Assembly (NCBI GenBank): GCA_964388265.1
Contig: CAYLXZ010000021.1
Span: 1 to 12,354, forward strand
Source of the DNA: Candidatus Micrarchaeota archaeon
GTDB taxonomy: Archaea; B1Sed10-29
Length of the DNA: 12,354 nucleotides
Direction: 5' to 3'
Both the position numbers and the translations under genes were made by a program. How positions within the stretch are numbered: the stretch's first letter is position 1; each line of letters opens with the position of its first letter. Below are positions 1 to 6,869 of the stretch, in pieces. The notes under the pieces were generated by a model. That model saw only the letters and a list, made by a program, of their open reading frames with translations, made no database searches and was not told the origin of the DNA.

Positions 1-161
1 ACCTTATCCTGGATATAGAGGAAAGTAAAGCAGTTAGGATAACTACGGAGAAACTTAACGAGCTTACGAGCAAGCAAGAACTTTCCAATACCCTGAAGGA
101 TAATAGTGTTCTGTACGATAGAGTCAAGTCAATATCTGATATCGTGCTAGTGGGTAAATAG
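1..161 (+). CDS. 3' end of a hypothetical protein (partial, runs off the window start)
   Basis: The frame from position 3 is open for 52 codons (LILDIEESKAVRITTEKLNELTSKQELSNTLKDNSVLYDRVKSISDIVLVGK) to TAG at 159-161. It is purine-rich like the coding strands here and is followed by T-rich sequence. No recognisable motif. Confidence 0.6.
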   Translation, partial: LILDIEESKAVRITTEKLNELTSKQELSNTLKDNSVLYDRVKSISDIVLVGK

Positions 162-226
162 AGAGGGTAAGGGTTAGTTCCCTTTGGATGTTTCCTTTCC
201 TTGGATAAGGTTAGTTGGTTGTAGAG

Positions 227-257
227 TTATTTTTAGTTCTGGTTTCTTTTGAGTTTT
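227..257 (+). terminator. Oligo-T tracts, probable archaeal intrinsic terminator for the upstream + gene
   Basis: Several T runs (tatttttagttctggtttcttttgagtttt) lie downstream of the stop at 161, in a convergent intergenic region. Confidence 0.35.
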
Positions 258-267
258 ACTTGGGCTG

Positions 268-291
268 AAAAATAGAAAAAAAGAAAGGAAA
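268..291 (-). terminator. Oligo-T terminator of the hsp20 transcript
   Basis: The + strand reads aaaaatagaaaaaaagaaaggaaa, which is a long pyrimidine/T tract on the - strand starting 8 nt after the hsp20 stop. Confidence 0.6.
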
Positions 292-298
292 GTGTTTT

Positions 299-712
299 TT
301 ATTTGATCTCTATCTGTTTTCCTTCTTCCTCTGGGTGGGCTTTTGGTAGGTTGATTTCTAGTACTCCGTTTTTGTATTCTGCTTGGGCTTTGGATGGTTT
401 TACTTCTGCTGGTAGATCTATGTATCTTTTGTATGATTTGCTGCTTCTTTCTCTGTAGTAGTATCCTTCGTCTTTTTCTTTTTTACCTTTCTTGGATTCT
501 GCTTTTATTTCTAGGTGAGTGGGTTCTGCGTTGATTTCTATGTCTTCTTTTCTTACTCCTGGCATCTCTGCTATGACTGTTATTTCTTCTTCTTTGTTCA
601 CTACGTCTATTTCTGGTCTTTGGAAGCCTTGGAATCCTTTTCCTTGGGTTGTGTCTTGGAACATCTTGTTCATTCTTCTTCTCATCTCCTCGAAGTCTTT
701 GAATGGATCCAT
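299..712 (-). CDS. hsp20: Small heat shock protein (Hsp20/alpha-crystallin family)
   Basis: N-terminal DPF..F..M..RM..MF; alpha-crystallin motifs AEMPGV.KEDIEI, RER....Y.R.I.LP and A.YKNGVLEI.LPK; C-terminal IEI motif; SD GGGGGTGA just upstream. Confidence 0.96.
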   Translation of the reverse strand: MDPFKDFEEMRRRMNKMFQDTTQGKGFQGFQRPEIDVVNKEEEITVIAEMPGVRKEDIEINAEPTHLEIKAESKKGKKEKDEGYYYRERSSKSYKRYIDLPAEVKPSKAQAEYKNGVLEINLPKAHPEEEGKQIEIK

Positions 713-716
713 TTTT

Positions 717-968
717 TCACCCCCTTTGTTTTTTCTTTCTCTGCGCCTGTTTCTTTTCTTTGGTTTGAATCTTTTTAAATTTTTTCATGTATTCTTTCCA
801 GCTAGGTTCCTCCACTCCTTTCTTTTCTTCAAGTCTCTTTAGGTCTTTGATTAGGTTTGCGGTGGACTGATGCCATTCTTTTATGTGCACTCTCTTTACT
901 TGCATGTCGTAGAGTGTGTCTTCGATTAACTGTTTCTTCCGCTCTATCTCTTTATCTAAATAAGCCAT
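717..968 (-). CDS. Hypothetical small basic, probably helical/coiled-coil protein; could extend to 1004 if the in-frame TGA is bypassed
   Basis: 83 aa, K/E-rich, with A-rich codons like the neighbouring genes. Its TGA stop forms part of the hsp20 SD (GGGGGTGA), 4 nt before the hsp20 ATG. Confidence 0.7.
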   Translation of the reverse strand: MAYLDKEIERKKQLIEDTLYDMQVKRVHIKEWHQSTANLIKDLKRLEEKKGVEEPSWKEYMKKFKKIQTKEKKQAQRKKKQRG

Positions 969-1063
969 TCATGATCTCTGTTCCTTTTCCCACTTTGTTT
1001 TCATCTGCTTTATCTGTCGCCTGTGTCTGAGGTATTATCCTCTTTACCTAATGTATGTCTCCG

Positions 1064-1080
1064 TTGATATAACTTTTTTG
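1064..1080 (-). promoter_or_regulatory. Putative BRE/TATA promoter for the hypothetical-hsp20 unit
   Basis: The - strand reads CAAAAAAG-TTATATCAA: a purine-rich BRE-like element followed by a TATA-like box. Confidence 0.5.
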
Positions 1081-1118
1081 GTTCTCCTTCATCTCTTCTG
1101 TTCACCGGACCACCTGGA

Positions 1119-1126
1119 TTTATAAG
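1119..1126 (+). promoter_or_regulatory. Putative TATA box for the surface glycoprotein gene
   Basis: TTTATAAG lies about 50 nt upstream of ATG 1176. GGAG SD-like elements occur at about 1162-1174. An alternative TATATAAG is at 1143-1150. Confidence 0.4.
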
Positions 1127-1175
1127 TGCTTATTTCCTTCAGTATATAAGTATTAAGAATGGGAGAATATGGAGA

Positions 1176-2909
1176 ATGTTTGTGAGTAGAATACTGAACT
1201 ACGTCACAGCTGTATCAATACTGCTAATTACACTTTCTGTAACGGCAATAGCTTTCTCTGGGGAAGGATTAGGAACGGAAGTAAATCCTTATAATATAAG
1301 CACCCTCGGAGAACTAAATGAAACTAGAAATAATCTAACAGCACACTATCAACTCATAAATAACATAAACGCGTCAGAAACAGAGAACTGGAATGATGGC
1401 TCTGGATTTAACCCAATAGGAAACTGGGACGCTTCGCTCGAAGGTGTTTTTAACGGTAATGGAAATATAATTAGAGGACTTTACATGGATAGTGGGAAAA
1501 GGACGGCTCTTTTTGCTTTAGTGGGGGGTAGCGGAGTTATCAAGAACGTTGAGCTTAGAGATGTGAATATCACAGGAAAGAAATTTGTAGGCGCATTAGC
1601 AGGAGAAAGCTATGGCTCTATCTTCAATTCATCCTCCACTGGGAGGATTGCGTGCCCTTACCATGATAGTATGACAGGAGAGGGGAACCTTGTCGGTGGA
1701 TTGGTGGGTTTGAACGATGGAGGTTCCTCTGCGGGCGTTATAGAGAGTTCCTATTCTAATTGCACTGTTTCAGGGTACGATGAAATAGGTGGATTAGCAG
1801 GAAGAAGTTCTGGCAAAATCTATAATTCCTATGCTTCAGGAAGCGTCTCAGGGAACAATCAGGTTAGCGGGTTAGTCGGGGAGAATGCTGGATTGATAGA
1901 GAACTCCTATTCTACTACCTCTGTTTCTGGTATCTATGGCTTTGTAGATTATAATACAGGTACATGTTCCAACTGTTTCTGGGACATAGAAACCAGTAAT
2001 CAGGACGAAACTGAATGCAATGCTACTGGTAAGAACACGAGTAAGATGAAGGACTTCTCCACGTTCGATAGTGCAGGATGGAATATAACCACGACAACCG
2101 AAGGAAATCCAACTAATGGCTATCCGTTCCTCTCATGGCAGCTGGGAAGCAGCCCAACCTGGTACATCTACGAAGAAGAAACAACCACAAACACCGCTCC
2201 AAACAAACCTACAGACCCAGAGCCAGGAAATGGATCCACAGAAGTATCCACCACAGTACAGCTAAACGTCACAGTCACCGACCCAGACGGAGATTCAATG
2301 AACATCACATTCTACAACTCTGTTGACGATACAACAATAGGAACAGACAACCACGTACCCAACGGATCCACAGCCACGGCAGAATGGAGCGAACTAAACT
2401 CAAACACTACATACAAATGGTACACCACTGCCAACGACGGTTCAACAACCAACACCTCAGACACATGGACCTTCACCACAAAAACAGAAACCACAGGAAA
2501 CTCACCCCCAGAAATAACCTCCCACACCCCTAGCAACGGAGAAAAAGTAGGAAACAAAACACATCAAGAACTCACAATAACAGTAGAAGATCCAGACGGA
2601 CAAGATATGAACGTAACATTCATAAACGCCTCAAACGGAAACACACTCAACACCAACACCTCAATACCCAGCGGAACAACAGTAAAATACAACTGGACAG
2701 AACTAAACACCAACACAACTTATGAATGGTATGTAAACGTCACAGACGGAAACACCACAGTACAAGGCGGACCATGGGAATTCACAACCCAAGAACAACT
2801 GAAAAAGGTGAAAGCGATACCAATAACTGCACCGGAGTTTACTCCTATAATGATTTTAGCATTGTTCACTATAACAGTAGCGTTCTATTTGATTGATGGG
2901 GATGAGTAG
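1176..2909 (+). CDS. Secreted cell-surface glycoprotein: signal peptide, GLUG-repeat beta-helix domain, two Ig/Fn3-like repeats and a PEF-CTERM-like membrane anchor
   Basis: Hydrophobic N-terminus ending AIA-F; G.GT..NPY.I opening typical of GLUG proteins; GLUG motifs VGALAG, VGGLVG, IGGLAG and VSGLVG; more than 20 N-x-S/T sequons; C-terminal APEF followed by a hydrophobic helix. Confidence 0.88.
   Translation: MFVSRILNYVTAVSILLITLSVTAIAFSGEGLGTEVNPYNISTLGELNETRNNLTAHYQLINNINASETENWNDGSGFNPIGNWDASLEGVFNGNGNIIRGLYMDSGKRTALFALVGGSGVIKNVELRDVNITGKKFVGALAGESYGSIFNSSSTGRIACPYHDSMTGEGNLVGGLVGLNDGGSSAGVIESSYSNCTVSGYDEIGGLAGRSSGKIYNSYASGSVSGNNQVSGLVGENAGLIENSYSTTSVSGIYGFVDYNTGTCSNCFWDIETSNQDETECNATGKNTSKMKDFSTFDSAGWNITTTTEGNPTNGYPFLSWQLGSSPTWYIYEEETTTNTAPNKPTDPEPGNGSTEVSTTVQLNVTVTDPDGDSMNITFYNSVDDTTIGTDNHVPNGSTATAEWSELNSNTTYKWYTTANDGSTTNTSDTWTFTTKTETTGNSPPEITSHTPSNGEKVGNKTHQELTITVEDPDGQDMNVTFINASNGNTLNTNTSIPSGTTVKYNWTELNTNTTYEWYVNVTDGNTTVQGGPWEFTTQEQLKKVKAIPITAPEFTPIMILALFTITVAFYLIDGDE
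2190..2789 (+). repeat. Two tandem ~103-aa (309-nt period) beta-sandwich domain repeats within the surface protein
   Basis: The units at 2190-2480 and 2499-2789 share N..P....P.NG, V.DPDG..MN.TF.N, W.ELN.NTTY.WY....DG and W.FTT. Confidence 0.88.
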
Positions 2910-2934
2910 CTCTTGAATTGTTTTCTTACATGTT

Positions 2935-4239
2935 TTATGTGATTTTCTTCACTTCTTTCTCTAGACCTGGTTTTGTCTTTTCTTCTAGGCTGTAGGTTAT
3001 TCGTGCTGATGGCTTGTTTATGTTTATGAATTTTCTGAGGTTTATTGGTGTGCCTATTATGACTGCGTCGCATTCTGCTTTGTTGACTGTTCTTTCTAGT
3101 TCGCTGATTTGCTTTGGGGAGTATCCCATGGCTGGTAGTACTTTACCTAGGTTGTATTTCCTGTAAATTTGTTTTATTGATCCTACTGCGTATTTGCTGG
3201 GGTCTATGGCTTCTGCTCCGTGTTTTTGTGCTGCTATGTATCCTGCTCCATGTTTCATTCCTCCATGAGTTAATGTGGGTCCGTCTTCTATCACTATGAC
3301 TTTTTTTCCTTTGATTATGGATGGGTTGTCTACCTCTATCTTGGACTCTGCTTCGATTACTCTGGCTTCTGGGTTGCTGTTCTGGATGTTTTTCTTCACT
3401 GTCCTGATGTCTCTTTTCTCGGCTGTGCCTACTTTGTTTATCACGGCTGTGTCGCATAGCCGCATGTTTATCTCGCCTGGGTAGTATTTTCTCTCGTGCC
3501 CTGGTCTTAGTGGATCGAATACAGTTACCATGAGGTCTGGTTTGTAGAATGGTGTGTCGTTGTTTCCTCCGTCCCATAGTATTACTTCGGATTCTTTTTC
3601 TGCTTCTTTCAGTATCTTCTGGTAGTTCACTCCTGCGTATAATGTGGCTCCGAGGTCTATGTATTGTTCGTATTCTTCTCTTTCCTCTATGGTGCAGTTC
3701 TTTTCTTCTAGGTCTTCGTAGTCTTTGAATTTCTGTATTTCTTGTTCTTTCAGGTCTCCATAGGGCATTGGATGCCTTACTACTGCGGGTTCCACATCGT
3801 GTTCTCTTAGTATCTCTAGGATTCTTCTGGATGTCTGGCTTTTTCCTGCTCCGGTTCTCACTGCTGTGACGGCTATAACTGGTTTTTTGGATTCCAACAT
3901 TGTTTCTCTAGGTGGTACCATGGTGAATCTGGCACCGGCTGAGTTCACTTTAGCTGCTTTTCTCATTACATCTATGTAGTTTAGGTCTGAGTAGCTTAAG
4001 ACTGCTTCATCTATGTTTTCTCTTTGTATTATTTCTGTGATGTTTTCTTCTTTCTTGATTGGTATTCCTTCTGGGTAGTTTTCTCCTGCTAGTTCGGATG
4101 GGTATTCTCTACCTGCTATGTCAGGGATCTGTGTCTCAGTGAAGCACACTATCTCTACGTCATCGTTGTTTTTGTATAGCGTGTTGAAGTTATGGAAGTC
4201 GCGGCCCGCTGCTCCCATTATAACTATTTTCTTGGTCAC
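2935..4239 (-). CDS. arcE: COG2403-family P-loop enzyme, probably arginine synthetase ArcE (usually auto-annotated 'GTPase' or 'cyclic 2,3-diphosphoglycerate synthase')
   Basis: Motifs GAAGRDFHNFN, TQIPDI.GR.YP, P-loop AVRTGAGKSQTSR, RHPMPYGDL, TIEEREEYE, WDGGNND, EDGPTLTHGGM and LPAMGY. GTG start with SD GAGGTGA at 4244-4250. Family assignment is from recalled motifs, not a search. Confidence 0.78.
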   Translation of the reverse strand: MTKKIVIMGAAGRDFHNFNTLYKNNDDVEIVCFTETQIPDIAGREYPSELAGENYPEGIPIKKEENITEIIQRENIDEAVLSYSDLNYIDVMRKAAKVNSAGARFTMVPPRETMLESKKPVIAVTAVRTGAGKSQTSRRILEILREHDVEPAVVRHPMPYGDLKEQEIQKFKDYEDLEEKNCTIEEREEYEQYIDLGATLYAGVNYQKILKEAEKESEVILWDGGNNDTPFYKPDLMVTVFDPLRPGHERKYYPGEINMRLCDTAVINKVGTAEKRDIRTVKKNIQNSNPEARVIEAESKIEVDNPSIIKGKKVIVIEDGPTLTHGGMKHGAGYIAAQKHGAEAIDPSKYAVGSIKQIYRKYNLGKVLPAMGYSPKQISELERTVNKAECDAVIIGTPINLRKFININKPSARITYSLEEKTKPGLEKEVKKIT

Positions 4240-4274
4240 TTTCTCACCTCGAGTTAACTAAAGAACTCTTCTTT

Positions 4275-4751
4275 TTAATTTTTAACGTTGTCTATTCTGT
4301 CAAGGATTTTTCTGAGTTTTTCCTTTGCTTTTTCCAGGTCTTCTTCATTGGGTCTTCCTTTGTTTATTCCTCCTATGAGCTTGAATGGACCTTCTTCGTA
4401 TCCTCTGCAGTTGAATGTTCCTATTACTTTGAGGTTTTTTCTCTCTAGTTTCTTCTTTATCTTCTTGTTGAAGTTATGGATTACTGGGATTTTTGGCAGT
4501 CCACTGGTTGAGAATATGAATGCTTTTGTCTTTTTCATGTCGGGTAGGTTGTCTATGAATTTTAGTAGTGATTTGTGGTGTTTTCTGATGTATATGCCTG
4601 ATCCGAAGCAAATTAAGTCGTATTCGGATGGTTTTAAATCTTTTATTTCTTCAGGTGTCTTCATCTCGCAGTCTAGTTCTTCTTTGAGTGCTCTAGCTAT
4701 CTTCTTTGTGTTTCCTTTGTACACTGATTTGTATATAATTAGTGAATTCAT
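4275..4751 (-). CDS. Flavodoxin family protein
   Basis: FMN phosphate loop Y.SVYKGNTKKIA, plus YDLI.FGSGIY, FSTSG, F.CRG and the C-terminal GRP..EDL..A. The ATG directly follows the htpX TAG, with GAGGT upstream. Confidence 0.92.
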   Translation of the reverse strand: MNSLIIYKSVYKGNTKKIARALKEELDCEMKTPEEIKDLKPSEYDLICFGSGIYIRKHHKSLLKFIDNLPDMKKTKAFIFSTSGLPKIPVIHNFNKKIKKKLERKNLKVIGTFNCRGYEEGPFKLIGGINKGRPNEEDLEKAKEKLRKILDRIDNVKN

Positions 4752-5648
4752 CTATACCTCGATCTCTTCCAGGTTCTTTATTCTCTTTCTGGGTAGTGGG
4801 TGGCTCATGAATATTTCTACGAAGCTGCTTTTTCCGTTTGAGCCTGCTGCGGATTTTTTTCCTGGTTCTGCTATATAGAGGTTCTTTAGAGTGCTGTCTG
4901 ATGGATTTTTTCTCTTTTTTCGCCTTTTCTGCCTAACTGGGTTTGGTTTGTGGGAGGTTATCTTCTGTAGGGCGTTCGCTAGTGCTGATGGGTTCTCTGT
5001 TAGGTATGCTGAGTGTGCGTCTGCGTAGTATTCTCTTACTCTGGATAGGTACATCACTACGAGTGAACCTATGAATTGAGCTATCATTCCTCCTATCCAG
5101 GCTCCGAAGAAACCCATTCCGCTGTTTTCGTCTCCTCCTGCCATCATGGATCCGAAGAACACTACGTAGAAAAGAATCATTGGCAGGGCACTGGCTAGGG
5201 TTATCACGGTGGTGTCTCTGTGTTTAATATGGCCTACTTCGTGTGCTATTACTCCTTCTAGTTCTTCTTTGTTTAGTTTGTTGATTAGCCCGGTGTGTAG
5301 TGCTATGGCGCTTGATTTCTGTGTTCTTCCGAATGCGAAGGCATTTGGAGTTTCGTTTTCCACGAGGTAGACTTTTGGTTTTGGTATTCCTGCTTTCTCG
5401 GCTAGGTTGTGTACGAGTTTCTTTATCTCTGGGTCCTTGCATTTCTTGGCTCCGGACATCTTCTTTATCAATGCCGGTGATATAGCCCATTGTAGGCCTA
5501 TCATCAGTGCTACGAATCCTACTATTCCGGCTAGCATTGGAATTCCTGTGGTTCCTAGGATCTGTAGGGCTATCCAGAACACGGCTGCTAGGAACCCTCC
5601 CATGATTAGGAAGGTTACCATTATGGCCCATAGTAGTTTTGGTTTCAT
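4752..5648 (-). CDS. htpX: Membrane zinc metalloprotease HtpX (peptidase M48)
   Basis: Two N-terminal TM helices, PNAFAFG, zinc motif HEVGH, two further TM helices, SRVREYYAD, LANALQKI and C-terminal SHP...RI. Confidence 0.93.
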   Translation of the reverse strand: MKPKLLWAIMVTFLIMGGFLAAVFWIALQILGTTGIPMLAGIVGFVALMIGLQWAISPALIKKMSGAKKCKDPEIKKLVHNLAEKAGIPKPKVYLVENETPNAFAFGRTQKSSAIALHTGLINKLNKEELEGVIAHEVGHIKHRDTTVITLASALPMILFYVVFFGSMMAGGDENSGMGFFGAWIGGMIAQFIGSLVVMYLSRVREYYADAHSAYLTENPSALANALQKITSHKPNPVRQKRRKKRKNPSDSTLKNLYIAEPGKKSAAGSNGKSSFVEIFMSHPLPRKRIKNLEEIEV

Positions 5649-5682
5649 TCTATCACTTTAATTGGTTTTTCTCTTCGTTCCA

Positions 5683-5713
5683 TTTATAGTTATCTCTACA
5701 GGGTTTTTATAAA
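5683..5713. promoter_or_regulatory. Back-to-back TATA boxes of the divergent htpX and flippase/glycosyltransferase units
   Basis: TATAAA on the - strand at 5683-5688. TTTTTATAAA on the + strand at 5704-5713 ends 21 nt before ATG 5735, which has no SD and so is probably leaderless. Confidence 0.55.
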
Positions 5714-5734
5714 GTTGTTGAGTTTTATCTATAT

Positions 5735-6820
5735 ATGTCTCTATTTAATGGAAGTAGGTGGAAGACTCTTGCAGTGGCTTTCCTTGCCTGGATAGCTATT
5801 ATCTTAGTCTTGATTAATTTGACGGGTGTTGAACCTGGTTTGATTTTCTCTGTTGATCCTTTCTACCTTGGCTTGGCTTTACTGTCTTTCTTCATCGGTT
5901 TATTGGTCTACGCGGTTAGTTGGATTATTCTCTTAAGGTCCACTGGGGAGAAACCCCATATCCTAACTGTTTTGAAGTCGATGATGATCGGTTTCTTTGT
6001 TGACAATGTCTTCCCTCCTGTTGGACCGGCTGGGGAGATCACCATGGGCTACGTGGCTCATAAAGAAGATGATATTGATCTGATGAATTCACTTGCTTCG
6101 GTAACAGCTCAGATGTTCGCCTGGGCAATTGGGTTTAGTATGATGGCTTTACTAGTTGTATATTGGGTTATATATACGACTCCGATAAATCTAGCTGTGT
6201 TAGTGGGTCTTGTCTTCCTCTTGGTTCTGTTCCTACTTGCTACTTCGGCTCTCGGTTACTTCCTGTTCGAACCAGAGAAAGTGAAGAAGCTGGTCATGTA
6301 CCTCGGACTCAAAGTCACTTACCTGATAAAGAGAATAGGTTTCCTCAAGCAAAGAGAGATAGGTGAAGTGGAAGATACTCTTAGCTCGTATCTGGATTCA
6401 TTTAAAGGATCAGCTAAACCTTTCCTACATAGAAAGAAAACTCTAATTATATCCAGCTTCATTATGTTAGCTCACCACGCGTTGGTTGCCTTAACCTTCT
6501 ACTTCACAGCCCGTGGACTAGGAATAGAGACCCATATCTCCATATTATTCCTCTTCTTCGTGATCTCTCTACTCCTGGCCTGGGTTTCCTTCATTCCAGG
6601 AGGACTTGGAGTATTCGAAGTGTCTTCAATATCCCTAATATCAACCACAGTAGCTTCCTCCACAGCAATACTAGCCATAGGGGTATTCAGATTAATCCAT
6701 TACTGGTCAGAAACCTTCATAGGGGCATTCCTAGCAATAGAATACGAAATAGAGGATATAGTGGAAACAAACCAAGAGATAAAGGACACCGGGACCCATA
6801 AAAACCTAGAGGACAAATAA
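5735..6820 (+). CDS. Flippase-like membrane protein (UPF0104 / LPG_synthase_TM / AglD2-like)
   Basis: About 8-9 hydrophobic segments, with family motifs W..LL, GFFVDNVFP....GE and IPGGLGVFE ... FRLI.YW. Confidence 0.88.
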   Translation: MSLFNGSRWKTLAVAFLAWIAIILVLINLTGVEPGLIFSVDPFYLGLALLSFFIGLLVYAVSWIILLRSTGEKPHILTVLKSMMIGFFVDNVFPPVGPAGEITMGYVAHKEDDIDLMNSLASVTAQMFAWAIGFSMMALLVVYWVIYTTPINLAVLVGLVFLLVLFLLATSALGYFLFEPEKVKKLVMYLGLKVTYLIKRIGFLKQREIGEVEDTLSSYLDSFKGSAKPFLHRKKTLIISSFIMLAHHALVALTFYFTARGLGIETHISILFLFFVISLLLAWVSFIPGGLGVFEVSSISLISTTVASSTAILAIGVFRLIHYWSETFIGAFLAIEYEIEDIVETNQEIKDTGTHKNLEDK

Positions 6821-6869
6821 TAAACAGTGATCAAAACGAACTGCCTTATCCTTTCGGAGAAACGATAAG

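Noticed and set aside
1..216. 9-bp inverted repeat (ACCTTATCC at 1-9 / GGATAAGGT at 203-211) and short direct repeats (GGTTAGTT at about 172 and 209)
   Set aside because: Too short to separate from chance. There is no transposase, target-site duplication or regular spacing, so this is not an IS, MITE or CRISPR array.
1156..1178. Short tandem GGAGAAT/AGAATG repeats with two out-of-frame ATGs before the surface protein start
   Set aside because: Only 2-3 short imperfect copies overlapping the SD region; insufficient evidence for a phase-variation tract or operator.
2190..2789. Possible diversity-generating retroelement template/variable repeat pair
   Set aside because: The repeats are diverged in-frame protein domains with differences at all bases, and there is no reverse transcriptase in the window.
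3143..3577. Same-strand alternative-frame ORFs (3143-3577, 2885-3073, 5224-5631, 2135-2326, 6163-6366)
   Set aside because: They are mostly R/N/T/Q-rich off-frame products of biased codon usage inside intact genes, with no sign of frameshifting.
2935..4239. Annotation as cyclic 2,3-diphosphoglycerate synthetase (cpgS)
   Set aside because: It lacks the DGEHY-type N-terminus of methanogen CpgS, has no adjacent 2-phosphoglycerate kinase, and its motifs fit the ArcE-like subfamily.
4288..4878. 196-aa + strand ORF, and similar antisense ORFs at 515-842, 3114-3484, 5300-5661, 6700-8282, 8824-9385 and 9843-12104
   Set aside because: They are F/S/L-rich mirror translations of A-rich genes on the opposite strand, with no SD or family motifs.
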